Assembly: GCA_963727825.1 (NCBI GenBank)
Contig: CAVSHO010000009.1
Coordinates: forward strand, 576,001 to 640,000
DNA: 64,000 nt
Reading direction: 5' to 3'
Source of the DNA: Ignavibacteriota bacterium
GTDB taxonomy: Bacteria > Bacteroidota > Ignavibacteria > UBA10030
This document shows positions 9,862 to 20,556 of the stretch, piece after piece. The notes under the pieces are model-generated. The model ran no database searches. It was not told the DNA's origin and worked only from the letters and a program-made list of their open reading frames with translations. Both the position numbers and the translations under genes were made by a program. Each line of letters opens with the position of its first letter. The first letter of the stretch is position 1.

Positions 9862-10818
9862 ATGAACGCAGAAAATAATCGTTCACAAAAAGTGGGATTG
9901 GTTGGAACGGGATTAGTCGGTTCGTCATTTGCTTATGCTTTGATGCAGCGCGGAATTGCTTCAGAACTCGTGTTAATTGACGCAAACGAAGAAAAAGCTG
10001 TCGGTGAAATGATGGACTTGAATCACGGACTTTCCTTTACCAAGCCAATGAAAATTACCGCGGGGAATTATTCCGATCTTGCGGGCTCAAAGGTTGTGGT
10101 GATCACGGCAGGCGCATCTCAAAGACCGGGCGAAACACGGCTTGATCTTCTTGCGCGTAATGCTGCGATCTTCCGTTCAATTATTCCTGAAGTGGTAAAA
10201 CATAATCCTGGCGGTATCATTCTTATTGCAACAAATCCTGTTGATATTCTCACCTACATTTCATTGAAAGAATCCAATTTGCTTCCGACAAAAGTAATCG
10301 GTTCCGGTACAATTCTCGACACTTCACGCTTTAGGTTTTTACTCGGACAATATTATGAAGTTGATACGCGAAGCGTTCACGCGTACATAGTAGGCGAGCA
10401 TGGAGATAGCGAGATTCCATTGTGGAGCATGGCAAACATAGGCGGTGTGCGTTTGCAGGAATTTGCCCCGCTTAAGAACAAACAATACGATCAAGGAGAA
10501 ATGAACAAGCTCTTCGTTAGCGTGCGGGACGCAGCATACGAAATCATCAAGCGAAAAGGCGCAAGTTACTATGCCATCGGGCTTGGATTGCTTTCTATCG
10601 TTGAAGCAATTCTTGGCGATTACCGTTCTGTGCTCTCCATCTCGACATTGATGACAGGGCAGTACGGCGCAAACGATATTTGCCTTAGCCTTCCTTCAGT
10701 GGTTGGGGAAAACGGCGTTGAAGAAATACTAACATTATCGATGAACGCCGAAGAACAAGAAGGGTTCCGCGCATCTGCAGATAAGCTTAAAGCAACATTA
10801 GACAATTTGCAGGCTTGA
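9862..10818 (+). CDS. ldh: L-lactate dehydrogenase
   Basis: GTGLVG, AGASQRPGETRLDL (Gln specificity residue of LDH), NPVD, SGTILDTSR and GEHGDS motifs. Confidence 0.93.
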   Translation: MNAENNRSQKVGLVGTGLVGSSFAYALMQRGIASELVLIDANEEKAVGEMMDLNHGLSFTKPMKITAGNYSDLAGSKVVVITAGASQRPGETRLDLLARNAAIFRSIIPEVVKHNPGGIILIATNPVDILTYISLKESNLLPTKVIGSGTILDTSRFRFLLGQYYEVDTRSVHAYIVGEHGDSEIPLWSMANIGGVRLQEFAPLKNKQYDQGEMNKLFVSVRDAAYEIIKRKGASYYAIGLGLLSIVEAILGDYRSVLSISTLMTGQYGANDICLSLPSVVGENGVEEILTLSMNAEEQEGFRASADKLKATLDNLQA

Positions 10819-10999
10819 TAATGCATGACTAAGGTATTGGTTAACCTAATTGTACGAAGCTCGGCCCAAAAACTTCTGCTACCAAACTTTTCACTAAAAT
10901 TACTAATTGATTTCTTCGTCTTTCTTCCTAAATTGCTGATTATCATAATGTAATTCCTTTAGCGGAAGTTGCATCAGACTCAATTATTCGGAAAAAAAT

Positions 11000-11941
11000 A
11001 TGACCTTTATCAAGCCGCCGAAATTACGTAAAGGATCCACAATTGGTCTCGTTGCACCGGCAAGCACTCCATCAACAGAAGAAAAGGTTGAGAAAGGCGC
11101 TGCCTATCTTGAGCAACTTGGTTATCGCGTGAAGTTTGGCGAACACATTCGCAAAATGCACGGCTATCTTGCCGGAACGGATGAAGAGCGAGCAGATGAT
11201 TTCAACAATATGGTGCGCGATAAAGATGTGAAGGCCATTTTTACTATCCGCGGCGGGTATGGCACACCGCGTATTCTTCAGATGATTGATTATCGTTTGC
11301 TGAAACAAAATCCTAAAATAATTGTCGGGTATAGCGATATTACGGCATTGCAGCTTGCAATTTTCTGCAAGATTGGATTGGTAACATTCTCAGGCCCTAT
11401 GACGGGCGTGGAAATGTGGAAAGGAATGGATCTTTACACCGAAGAACATTTCTGGCAATTGCTTACATCAACAAAGAAAATTGGCGTACTTAAAAATCCA
11501 AATGATGAACCGTTGAAAATACTTAAGCAAGGCAAAGCACACGGACGATTGCTTGGCGGGAATCTATCAATGATTGCGTGTCTTATGGGGACACCATTTC
11601 TAGCGAAACTGCGCAGATCAATTCTCTTTATAGAAGATGTCGAAGAAGCGCCGCACCGTATCGATCGAATGTTAGCGCAGTTGCTCAATGCCGGAGTATT
11701 AAACAAACTTGCAGGATTGGTGTTTGGAAAATTTACGAACTGCAATCCAAGCGATCCTTCTGAGCCGCATCTCACAATCGAGCAAATGCAAGCTGAGTAT
11801 GCAAATAAAATAAAATGTCCCGTCGTCGGTAATTTTCAATATGGTCATATTCCCTGTATGCTGACAGTGCCAATAGGACTTCAAGCAATGCTCGACTCCA
11901 ATTACAACCGGATTGAAGTATTGGAAAATGCTGTGATTTAG
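11000..11941 (+). CDS. LD-carboxypeptidase (peptidase S66)
   Basis: RGGYG, GYSDIT (Ser), GGNL, FIED (Glu) and YGH (His) motifs. Confidence 0.92.
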   Translation: MTFIKPPKLRKGSTIGLVAPASTPSTEEKVEKGAAYLEQLGYRVKFGEHIRKMHGYLAGTDEERADDFNNMVRDKDVKAIFTIRGGYGTPRILQMIDYRLLKQNPKIIVGYSDITALQLAIFCKIGLVTFSGPMTGVEMWKGMDLYTEEHFWQLLTSTKKIGVLKNPNDEPLKILKQGKAHGRLLGGNLSMIACLMGTPFLAKLRRSILFIEDVEEAPHRIDRMLAQLLNAGVLNKLAGLVFGKFTNCNPSDPSEPHLTIEQMQAEYANKIKCPVVGNFQYGHIPCMLTVPIGLQAMLDSNYNRIEVLENAVI

Positions 11942-11955
11942 AAAGAAGACAAGCC

Positions 11956-12663
11956 ATGAATTCCCAAACAAATTCCATTCTTACAATACTTTATTCCAAG
12001 GCTAATCCCAAGAATGTTGAGGGAATGGCACGCTACGGCATTAAAAGTCATCGTAATGTGCTTGGCGTTTCTTCAAAATTTCTTTCTTCGCTTGCTAAAA
12101 GCATTGGCACTAATCAAGAGCTTGCACTTGAACTTTGGCAAACCGAAATCTATGATGCACGAATTCTTGGCGCCCTTATCGCCGATCCAAAGCAATTGAA
12201 GAAAAGCACAATGAATTTATGGGTGAAAGATTTTGATAACTGGGCGATTTGCGACGGAGTATGCATGCATTGTTTCCGAGATACTCCTTATGCGCATGAA
12301 CTTGCTTTGAAATGGGTAAAACAAAAAAGGGAGTTTATCAGGCGAGCAGGATTTACACTGATAGCGACGCTTTGTGTCAACGATAAGAAGGCGGATGATG
12401 CGGTGTTCCTCAAATATCTTCCGCTCATAAAGAAGTATGCAACAGATGAGCGCACTTATGTGAAGAAAGCAGTCAATTGGGCGCTACGGCAGATTGGAAA
12501 ACGCAGTCTGAGGCTTAATCCATATGCCATCAAGACTGCCGAGGAAATTCATAGAATAAATTCTTCTTCCGCCAAGTGGATCGCATCGGATGCGCTAAGA
12601 GAATTACGCAGTCCGGCTGTGCAGAAGCGGTTAAAAAGGCCTGATCGATCAAAAAGCTGTTAA
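11956..12663 (+). CDS. DNA alkylation repair protein (AlkD-like HEAT repeat)
   Basis: DFDNWAICD and DERTYVKKAVNWALRQIGKR motifs. Confidence 0.88.
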   Translation: MNSQTNSILTILYSKANPKNVEGMARYGIKSHRNVLGVSSKFLSSLAKSIGTNQELALELWQTEIYDARILGALIADPKQLKKSTMNLWVKDFDNWAICDGVCMHCFRDTPYAHELALKWVKQKREFIRRAGFTLIATLCVNDKKADDAVFLKYLPLIKKYATDERTYVKKAVNWALRQIGKRSLRLNPYAIKTAEEIHRINSSSAKWIASDALRELRSPAVQKRLKRPDRSKSC

Positions 12664-12669
12664 ACTATT

Positions 12670-13476
12670 CTAAATATTATAACCAATGCCCTTAAAAAAG
12701 GTATAACAAAAAACACCATCTGTTTGAGTTGTCCTATATAAATCTTGAACTCCTCTGTCAAAAGATGCCGCATCCATTATTGAACCTTTAATCGCCTTCT
12801 CCCTTATCCCTTCAATCATAGCCGTAAAAGTATTTTTTGTGAATCCTTCAACAAAATCAGGTTTGCTTGAGTCTACATAGACCATTCTTGGAAATACTTT
12901 ACATGTTTTAAATCCTGAATTAACGAGTAAAGGATAAAGTTGTCTGCCTATTAATGCATTACCACCATTTTCTGATTGCAATTTTACTTGGGCATTAATT
13001 GCTGCTTGTGCATGCTGACTATACGGATAAAAGAATGTTGAACCATGGTCTCCCTCAATGACAGTCATAGTTCCGCCCTTTTTTAAAACCTTTTTAAGGA
13101 GAATTAATGCATCTATAGGATTGGAAAGATGTTCAAGAACAAAACAGACAAAAATATGATCAAACGATTCTTCTTGAAATTTCAAATCAAAAATATTACC
13201 AACCTGAAATTCAACATTACGAATATTGAGCGATTTTATAAGATAGTCTGCCTTATGTAACGACTCCTCGGAAATATCAATTGATATAAATTTTGAATCT
13301 GGATTCTTTGGAGCAATGATCTTGGTTTGCGCTCCAACTCCACAGCCAGCTTCAAGGATCGTTGAACCTTTTGGAAATATTGAATCGTGATGAAGAAGTT
13401 CGCTCAAACAATTAGCTTGATCTTCCAATCTGATAGATTCTCGTTCGTTATACCCATGCACATAATCATTATTCAT
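12670..13476 (-). CDS. Class I SAM-dependent methyltransferase
   Basis: LEAGCGVG, SIDIS and FDHIFVCFVLEHL motifs. Start set at ATG 13476. Confidence 0.88.
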   Translation of the reverse strand: MNNDYVHGYNERESIRLEDQANCLSELLHHDSIFPKGSTILEAGCGVGAQTKIIAPKNPDSKFISIDISEESLHKADYLIKSLNIRNVEFQVGNIFDLKFQEESFDHIFVCFVLEHLSNPIDALILLKKVLKKGGTMTVIEGDHGSTFFYPYSQHAQAAINAQVKLQSENGGNALIGRQLYPLLVNSGFKTCKVFPRMVYVDSSKPDFVEGFTKNTFTAMIEGIREKAIKGSIMDAASFDRGVQDLYRTTQTDGVFCYTFFKGIGYNI

Positions 13477-13501
13477 ATTGCTTGATCTTCTCCAAGTCAA
13501 A

Positions 13502-14278
13502 TTACAATGCCTCTTTGAGTCTTCGCACCCAGCCGCTAATTTCTTTCACTGAGTTTTTCTTGACGATTCTTTGAATGAGCGCGCTTCCAACAATGACACC
13601 ATCTGAATATTGAGCTATGAGACGTGCGTCTGCTGGAGTTTTTATTCCAAATCCAACTAACACTGGATTTTTTTTTGTATTATGCTTTACGCGTTTCACA
13701 TACGACTTTATATCGCCTACGTTCGAGCGCCCTGTCACTCCGGTAGTTGAAACACAATAGAGAAATCCTGACGTAGCTTTATCAATTTCTCGAATTCGTT
13801 TGTCTGGGGTAGCGGGGCTAACCAAAAGAATATCTGCAAGATGATATTTCCGAGTAATTGACAAATAACGATCCGATTCCTCTAAAGGAACTTCCGGAAG
13901 GATAACGCCGTCAACACCGTCTTTCGCTGCATCAGCAAAAAACCGTTCTACACCGTAATGAATAATAGGATTGAGATAGCCCATAAGGACGAGTGGGATA
14001 TCAGAGTGTTTACGGATTGCCCTCACGTACTCCAAAATATGGTTAAGTGTAATTCCGTTTTTGATAGCTTGCTGTGAACTTGCCTGGATTACCGGCCCGT
14101 CTGCAAGTGGATCAGAAAACGGCATACCAAGCTCGATGATATCGGCTCCGCCCTTTTCAATTTCTCGCACAAGTGAAACTGTAGCCTCTAAAGCCGGGAA
14201 TCCAGCAGTAACAAAGCATACTAATGCTTTTTCTTTTCTATCAGTCAGATATTTAAGCTTTTCTGTAATTCTATTCAT
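13502..14278 (-). CDS. trpA: Tryptophan synthase alpha chain
   Basis: [27 protein letters not shown] and DGVIVGSA motifs. Confidence 0.97.
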   Translation of the reverse strand: MNRITEKLKYLTDRKEKALVCFVTAGFPALEATVSLVREIEKGGADIIELGMPFSDPLADGPVIQASSQQAIKNGITLNHILEYVRAIRKHSDIPLVLMGYLNPIIHYGVERFFADAAKDGVDGVILPEVPLEESDRYLSITRKYHLADILLVSPATPDKRIREIDKATSGFLYCVSTTGVTGRSNVGDIKSYVKRVKHNTKKNPVLVGFGIKTPADARLIAQYSDGVIVGSALIQRIVKKNSVKEISGWVRRLKEAL

Positions 14279-15492
14279 TCCTTTTTCTCCTGAACTGAAA
14301 ACACGGCGGAATACGTTATCATATCCTTATCGCCGCGGCCAGATAAATTAACTACAATAATATCTTTCTTCGATGTCCTTGGCATAAGTATATTAAGATA
14401 TGCCAGCGCATGTGCTGACTCGAGCGCAGGAATAATTCCTTCCAATTGTGAAATCAATTTTGCTGCATTAAGTGCCTGCTTGTCTGTGACAGAGACATAC
14501 TGAACTCTTTTAAAATCTTTCAACGCGCTATGTTCCGGACCTACGCCAGGATAATCAAGTCCGGCAGAGATCGAGTGTGCTAATTCTACCTGCCCATTTT
14601 TGTCTTGAAGCAAATAACTGAAAGAGCCATGCAAAACACCAGGTCTTCCTTTCGAAAGTGTCGCCGCATGTTTATTCGTGTTCAATCCGCAACCCGCGGC
14701 TTCTACACCAATCATGCGGACATCCTTTTTGATAAATGGATAAAACAAACCCATGGCGTTGCTGCCACCTCCAACACAAGCAAGAAGAATGGTGGGAACA
14801 CTTTTTTCATTCGCAAGAATTTGTTTTCGCGTTTCTTCACCGATGATCGATTGGAAATCACGAACCATCATCGGATATGGATGCGGGCCGACAACAGAAC
14901 CGATAATGTAAAAAGTGTCGTCAACATTCGTAACCCAATCGCGAATAGCTTCGCTTGTCGCATCTTTTAGTGTGCGGCTTCCCGTAGTAACAGAAATAAC
15001 TTCTGCACCCAGCATTTTCATCCGATGTACGTTTAATTCCTGTCGGTGAATATCTTCTTCCCCCATATAGACGACGCACGGCAACCCCATTTTTGCAGCG
15101 ACAGTTGCTGTTGCAACACCATGCTGACCTGCGCCTGTTTCTGCAATGATACGTTTTTTGCCAGCGCGTTTCGCCAATAAAATCTGACCTATTGTGTTAT
15201 TAATCTTATGTGCGCCTGTATGGCATAGATCTTCACGCTTCAAATAGATTTTTCCTTGTCCGTAATGATCTGTCAATCGATTTGCAAATGTCATTGGTGT
15301 TGGACGCCCCGCGTAAGTGTGCAACATCGTAACAAATTCTTTTTTGAATTCAGAATCGCGTTTCACTTCGCTATAAAGTTCTTCAAGCTCGAATAGTGCG
15401 TGCATTAATGTCTCTGGCACAAATCTGCCGCCGTATATGCCAAAGTAGCCGAATTTGTCCGGATAGTTGTAGAAGTATTTCTGTGATTTCAT
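14275..15492 (-). CDS. trpB: Tryptophan synthase beta chain
   Basis: [25 protein letters not shown] and CVGGGSNA motifs. Start set at ATG 15492; TTG 15531 is an alternative. Confidence 0.97.
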   Translation of the reverse strand: MKSQKYFYNYPDKFGYFGIYGGRFVPETLMHALFELEELYSEVKRDSEFKKEFVTMLHTYAGRPTPMTFANRLTDHYGQGKIYLKREDLCHTGAHKINNTIGQILLAKRAGKKRIIAETGAGQHGVATATVAAKMGLPCVVYMGEEDIHRQELNVHRMKMLGAEVISVTTGSRTLKDATSEAIRDWVTNVDDTFYIIGSVVGPHPYPMMVRDFQSIIGEETRKQILANEKSVPTILLACVGGGSNAMGLFYPFIKKDVRMIGVEAAGCGLNTNKHAATLSKGRPGVLHGSFSYLLQDKNGQVELAHSISAGLDYPGVGPEHSALKDFKRVQYVSVTDKQALNAAKLISQLEGIIPALESAHALAYLNILMPRTSKKDIIVVNLSGRGDKDMITYSAVFSVQEKKE

Positions 15493-15527
15493 TTTCCCCT
15501 TTCCTTGTCTATATAAATATTCGGATT

Positions 15528-16145
15528 TCAAACATTTTTTATTTGTTTCAGAAGTTCAAACAATAATTTTAATTTACCAGGGTCCTTCTTCCCTGGACAT
15601 TCCTCAACCCCGCTATTCACATCCACAGCATACGGTTGTACTATCCGAACTGCTTCAATAATATTTTCCGGTTTCAATCCGCCGGCAAGAATAATGCGCC
15701 CGTATTTCTTTGCTTTGACGGCTATTTCCCAATTAAATGTTTGACCTGTGCCGCCCAGTTCGCCGGATATTTTCGTATCTAAAAGGTACGCTGATCCTTT
15801 ATATCGCCGAAGAATTTCCGGATTAAAATTGGAATCAACGCGGAATGATTTACACACAGGCACAGGATATTTTGAAAGTTGCTTGGACGTCTCTTTGCCA
15901 TGAAGCTGCACACAGCCGATACCTGTTTGATCGATAATCTCTATGATATTATTATACTCCATATCAACGAAGACGCCAACTGGCACAACGAAGGGCGGTA
16001 ATTCCTGAATGATCCTTCTAGCAGCTTTTAGAGCGATATATCGCGGACTTGATTTGACAAAAATAAAACCCAATGCATCGGCACCAAGTTCTGCTGCATA
16101 GAGTGCATCATCAATATTTGTGATACCGCAAATTTTAGCTTTCAT
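15528..16145 (-). CDS. trpF: Phosphoribosylanthranilate isomerase
   Basis: KICGIT, VQLHG, GGTG and LAGGL..DVNSGVE motifs. Confidence 0.96.
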   Translation of the reverse strand: MKAKICGITNIDDALYAAELGADALGFIFVKSSPRYIALKAARRIIQELPPFVVPVGVFVDMEYNNIIEIIDQTGIGCVQLHGKETSKQLSKYPVPVCKSFRVDSNFNPEILRRYKGSAYLLDTKISGELGGTGQTFNWEIAVKAKKYGRIILAGGLKPENIIEAVRIVQPYAVDVNSGVEECPGKKDPGKLKLLFELLKQIKNV

Positions 16146-16936
16146 TTATTTAATTCCTTTGAGGAGATCAACAAGACATGCAATGCTTCACCAGGATTTG
16201 AAGAACGCATTAAACTTTCGCCTACGAGAACAGCGTGAATACCGTTTGCAGCAAGTCGCTCAATATCTGTTCTATTACTAATACCGCTTTCGCTGACAAC
16301 GATAATATTTTTCGGAATTCGCGAAGCTATCCGAATGGTTGTCGAAATATCAACTTTGAAATTTGATAGATTACGATTATTGATTCCGATAGTTCTGATT
16401 GGAATATAATTAAGAATATTTAACTCTTGTATCTTATGCACTTCAACAAGACATTCAAGCCCAAGTGCAATCGCTTCATTAAATAGGTCGCGTAGACGTT
16501 CCTGTTTCATCGCTGCCGCAATCAACAGCACAGCATCAGCACCAAACGCTTTAGCCTCCACAAGCTGATACGAATCTATTATAAAATCTTTCCGCAGAAT
16601 TGGAATCGGCACAGATGAACGCATTTCTGCAATGAAGCTAATATCTCCTTGAAAATATTTTTTATCCGTTAACACTGAAAGAGCATTGGCTCCGCCACCA
16701 ACATATTCACGTGCAATCTCCAACGGATTAAAATCCTCCCGGATGATTTTTTTTGACGGTGATGCCTTTTTAATCTCCGCTATGATAGCAGTATCTTTTC
16801 CGTCTAAAGCTTTTTCCAACGAGTAACATTTCCGAGCGAAGTTCGGCATATTTTTCAGCCGCTCTAATGAAACTGTTTGTTTTGCAAGTGCGATTTCCTG
16901 CCGTTTATGTTCAAGAATTTCTTCGAGGATGTTCAT
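16142..16936 (-). CDS. trpC: Indole-3-glycerol phosphate synthase
   Basis: IAEIKKASPS, LSVLTD, LRKDFI, GINNRNL and SESGI motifs. Confidence 0.96.
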   Translation of the reverse strand: MNILEEILEHKRQEIALAKQTVSLERLKNMPNFARKCYSLEKALDGKDTAIIAEIKKASPSKKIIREDFNPLEIAREYVGGGANALSVLTDKKYFQGDISFIAEMRSSVPIPILRKDFIIDSYQLVEAKAFGADAVLLIAAAMKQERLRDLFNEAIALGLECLVEVHKIQELNILNYIPIRTIGINNRNLSNFKVDISTTIRIASRIPKNIIVVSESGISNRTDIERLAANGIHAVLVGESLMRSSNPGEALHVLLISSKELNK

Positions 16937-17946
16937 AATTGATTTGTATATTGAATAAGTTTTTGCAATTTATCCAACGCTTTGCCGGAATTAATTGACT
17001 CTTCAGCTTTCTGTTTTCCTTCAAGAATTGTTTTTGCTTTTCCTGAAACATAAATTCCAAGCGCAGCATTGGCGACAGTTACATCACGCGCGGAATTATT
17101 CCCGCCTTGTAAAACATTCATTGCGATTATTGCATTCGCATTCTTATCACCACCGCGAAGGCTATCAAGTGCCAGTTGTGAAAAACCAAAATTCTCCGGT
17201 TGTAAATGATATTCACGCGGTTGTTCATTCTTATTTACTTCATGCACTTTTGTTCCACCCGAAAGTGTCACTTCATCCATGCCGTCATCGCTGTGGACAA
17301 CGCATGCCTTTTCGGCACCAAGCTTCTGGAGTGCCCCAGCAAGAATTGGAGCAACTTGAGGATTATAAACTCCTACAAGTTGACGTTTTACTCCTGCCGG
17401 ATTTGTCAGCGGACCGATAATATTGAAAATACTTCGCACGCCTAATTCTGCTCGCGGCTTAGCGGCATACTTCATTGCCGGATGATGCAACGGTGCAAAT
17501 AAGAATCCGATACCGATGCGGTTAATGCATTCTTGTACTGCTTCAGCCGAACACTGGACGTTCACACCCAGGACCGTGAGCACGTCTGCACTGCCGCATT
17601 GACTTGAGACGGAGCGATTGCCATGCTTTGCAACTGTAACGCCGGCCCCCGCCGCTACAAATGATGCAACGGTTGAAATGTTAAATGTGCCCAGACCGTC
17701 GCCGCCGGTGCCGCACATATCAATTGCGTCTGGATCTTCTATGGAAATCTTTATAGCATGCTCACGCATCGTACGGGCAAAGCCAACTAACTCATCTACC
17801 GTTTCGCCTTTTGCGCGTAGAGCAATCATTAAACCGGCAATTTGGGAATCTGTTGCCCTTCCAGTCATTATTGTGTCGAGCGCGCTTGATGCTTCTGCCA
17901 CTGTCAGGTGTTCGCCCGATAAACATTTTTCAATATGCGTTTTCAT
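16933..17946 (-). CDS. trpD: Anthranilate phosphoribosyltransferase
   Basis: CGTGGDG..TFNIST and KHGNRSVSSQCGSAD motifs. Confidence 0.96.
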   Translation of the reverse strand: MKTHIEKCLSGEHLTVAEASSALDTIMTGRATDSQIAGLMIALRAKGETVDELVGFARTMREHAIKISIEDPDAIDMCGTGGDGLGTFNISTVASFVAAGAGVTVAKHGNRSVSSQCGSADVLTVLGVNVQCSAEAVQECINRIGIGFLFAPLHHPAMKYAAKPRAELGVRSIFNIIGPLTNPAGVKRQLVGVYNPQVAPILAGALQKLGAEKACVVHSDDGMDEVTLSGGTKVHEVNKNEQPREYHLQPENFGFSQLALDSLRGGDKNANAIIAMNVLQGGNNSARDVTVANAALGIYVSGKAKTILEGKQKAEESINSGKALDKLQKLIQYTNQL

Positions 17947-18518
17947 AAGATTTTATAAACCTCCAGCCAGTTATTAAGAACCATTTCGCCATCCTGAGTA
18001 AGAATTGATTCAGGATGAAATTGAATTCCTTCGATGGGGTACTTTCGGTGCGTTACACCCATAATGATGCCATCGTTTGTGCGAGCGGATATCTTGAGTT
18101 CATCAGGAAAATGCTCCGGCGAAATCACAAGCGAGTGGTAACGTCCTACAAGCAATGGATTCGATACAGATTTGAGAATAGTCTCGCCGGAATGTGTTAT
18201 CGTTGAGGTTCTTCCATGCATAAGCGAAGGCGCGTGTGTAATATGCGCGCCGAAAGCAAAACCAATTGCCTGGTGGCCAAGACACACACCAAGGATTGGA
18301 ATCTTTGAACCGAAACGCTGAATCACTTCTACTGTTATCCCTGCATTTTCTGGCTTGCCGGGTCCCGGCGAAAGGATTATCCCATGCGGTGCAAGATATG
18401 CAACTTCATCGGTGGAAATTTCATCATTGCGTTTTACAAGAATATCCTTGGTTTTCTTGCCGATCGCCTGCACAAGATTGTAAGTGAATGAATCATAATT
18501 ATCGATCACCAGAATCAT
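17943..18518 (-). CDS. trpG: Anthranilate synthase component II
   Basis: IDNYDSFTYNL, SPGPG, GVCLGHQ and QFHPES motifs. Confidence 0.96.
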   Translation of the reverse strand: MILVIDNYDSFTYNLVQAIGKKTKDILVKRNDEISTDEVAYLAPHGIILSPGPGKPENAGITVEVIQRFGSKIPILGVCLGHQAIGFAFGAHITHAPSLMHGRTSTITHSGETILKSVSNPLLVGRYHSLVISPEHFPDELKISARTNDGIIMGVTHRKYPIEGIQFHPESILTQDGEMVLNNWLEVYKIL

Positions 18519-20023
18519 TGCCGACCTCCAGAATATCCATTGCCGCTATGAATTTTCAGTAGGCCATTTGATGCAACGGCGAGAGCATCGAGTAACGCCT
18601 GCGCTTTGTTCTCAGTTTCCTTGTACTCAAGCTCCGGAACCGAATCCGCAACTATGCCTGCGCCTGCTTGAATGGTCAGCATGTCGTTTGCCGCAATAAT
18701 CGTTCTAATTGCAATGCACGTATCAAGTGTTCCGTCGAAACCAAGATAGCCGACTGCGCCGGCGTAAATTCCGCGCCGTACAGGTTCTAATTCGTTTATA
18801 ATTTCCATCGCACGGACTTTTGGAGCTCCGGAGACAGTACCGGCAGGAAAGCAAGCACGTAAAGCATCTATACTATTTGCATTTGCTTTAATTTTTCCCT
18901 GCACTTCAGAAACCAAATGCATTACATGAGAAAATCGTTTCAGTCCCTTAAAAATAGGAACGTGTACAGTGCCATATTCGCTCACACGCCCGATATCGTT
19001 ACGCCCCAAATCAACCAGCATAATATGTTCAGCCAATTCCTTTTCATCACGCAATAATTCTTCTTCTAAAAGTTTATCTTCTTGTTCTGTTTTGCCGCGT
19101 TTGCGCGTGCCTGCAATCGGCATCACCGCAACAATGCAATCCTGCACACGCACTAAAACTTCCGGCGAGGAACCAATAAGTTTTACAGGCCCATAATCGA
19201 GATAAAAAAGATATGGAGATGGATTGATGATACGTAGAGCGCGATAGACGGGAAATGGATCACCAGAAAACGGAACTTGCACTCGGCGCGAAAGAACTAC
19301 CTGAAAGATGTCTCCTTCGTAGATGTATTCCTTCGCACGTTTGACCGATGAACAAAATGCGTTATGATCGACGCCGTGTTGAACAGAAGAAAGATCACAT
19401 TGAAAACTATTTTCCATTACTGGCGGTTTGCTTAGTTGAGCAAGAATAGCTGTCAGGATTTTTACTCCTTCATTGTATTGATCATTCAATGAATGATTCT
19501 TTTCTACGAGAATGTTGTGAGTCACTGTTAAAAGCTGCTGAAGGTGATCAAACTTCACGACAGATTGATACAGGCCAAATATTGCATCCGGCACATCATT
19601 CACTGATGTTGGGTGCAAAGGAATATTTTCAATTTCCTGGACGCGGTCGTACCCGAAGTAACCAAGGAATCCGCCTGTAAATCCTTGTTGTTCGTGTGCT
19701 GCCATGCTTCGGTATCGGTGTGATAACTCGTCCAGCACATCAAGGATTTTTCCACGCCGCGACTCTTTCTTCCCGCGTGATTCAATTTCAACAACATCCC
19801 CTTTTGCTTTTATTATCAGAATTGGTTCTGTTCCGACAAACGAAAACCGTCCGATTCGTTCGTCAGGTTCGACACTCTCAAGAAGAAATGAATATGAAGT
19901 TTTCGATCGAAGTGTCAAATAAATCGATACCGGCGTGTGCAAATCGGCAAGCATCGTTTCTACAAGGGGAACAACAGAATAGGTCTGTGCAAGCTCTTTA
20001 AATTTTTCTTTTGTAATCATCAT
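18515..20023 (-). CDS. trpE: Anthranilate synthase component I
   Basis: FLLES, NPSPY, PIAGTR, EHIMLVDLGRND and PAGTVSGAPK motifs. Exact start uncertain (20020-20050). Confidence 0.96.
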   Translation of the reverse strand: MMITKEKFKELAQTYSVVPLVETMLADLHTPVSIYLTLRSKTSYSFLLESVEPDERIGRFSFVGTEPILIIKAKGDVVEIESRGKKESRRGKILDVLDELSHRYRSMAAHEQQGFTGGFLGYFGYDRVQEIENIPLHPTSVNDVPDAIFGLYQSVVKFDHLQQLLTVTHNILVEKNHSLNDQYNEGVKILTAILAQLSKPPVMENSFQCDLSSVQHGVDHNAFCSSVKRAKEYIYEGDIFQVVLSRRVQVPFSGDPFPVYRALRIINPSPYLFYLDYGPVKLIGSSPEVLVRVQDCIVAVMPIAGTRKRGKTEQEDKLLEEELLRDEKELAEHIMLVDLGRNDIGRVSEYGTVHVPIFKGLKRFSHVMHLVSEVQGKIKANANSIDALRACFPAGTVSGAPKVRAMEIINELEPVRRGIYAGAVGYLGFDGTLDTCIAIRTIIAANDMLTIQAGAGIVADSVPELEYKETENKAQALLDALAVASNGLLKIHSGNGYSGGRQ

Positions 20024-20154
20024 GACCATCCATAAAATGTTACTAATCAATACGCTCTTTATTTGTTTTCCTTCCCTTTTAGGGGAGCCGGAGGCATAAT
20101 AATGAGGCAGGCGTAGTCTGCCATTATTTATTCGGTGGGGTCATTTTTTTTTGA

Positions 20155-20188
20155 CCTCACCCCGACCCTCTCCTATGAGGAGAGGGAG
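20155..20188. repeat. CCCTCTCC...GGAGAGGG-type palindromic repeat in the trp leader
   Basis: CCTCACCCCGACCCTCTCCT-ATG-AGGAGAGGGAG hairpin; a related CTTCCCT-TTT-AGGGGAG hairpin lies at ~20071-20087. Confidence 0.55.
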
Positions 20189-20230
20189 TTGTTTCCCATT
20201 TTGAAAAGAATACGCAAAGTGTTCACTATA

Positions 20231-20270
20231 AAATAAAAAACCCTTCCAGGGTTAATCCGGGAAGGGTTAA
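20231..20270 (-). terminator. trp attenuator intrinsic terminator
   Basis: Minus strand AACCCTTCC-12 nt-GGAAGGGTT followed by TTTTATTTT, just downstream of the leader peptide. Confidence 0.85.
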
Positions 20271-20296
20271 GAATACAATTTGCGTATGCTTATCAG

Positions 20297-20392
20297 TTAA
20301 CTATCCGTTTTCATACCTGTTCGTTTGGATACACTAATGCACCACCACCAACGATTATTTGAAGAGACGATATGATTAACGGATTGTGACAT
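20297..20392 (-). CDS. trpL: trp operon leader peptide, 31 aa MSQSVNHIVSSNNRWWWCISVSKRTGMKTDS
   Basis: Manually translated. Three tandem TGG codons at 20342-20350; lies between the promoter and the terminator upstream of trpE. Confidence 0.88.
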   Translation of the reverse strand: MSQSVNHIVSSNNRWWWCISVSKRTGMKTDS

Positions 20393-20405
20393 ACTTTACG
20401 TAAGC

Positions 20406-20434
20406 AATATACATGATCGGTGGAAAGAAGTCAA
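20406..20434 (-). promoter_or_regulatory. sigma70 promoter of the trp operon
   Basis: Minus strand TTGACT-17 bp-TATATT, ending 13 bp before the leader ATG. Confidence 0.7.
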
Positions 20435-20556
20435 GTCTTAACTAAAAAAATCGCCGTTGTCTTTCAATAAAACAATCGTACATTGACATAGAAAAAACTA
20501 TTCCATGGGGGAAAAAGAACAAGTGCATATAAAATTCAAGTTAATTTGAATCGTTT

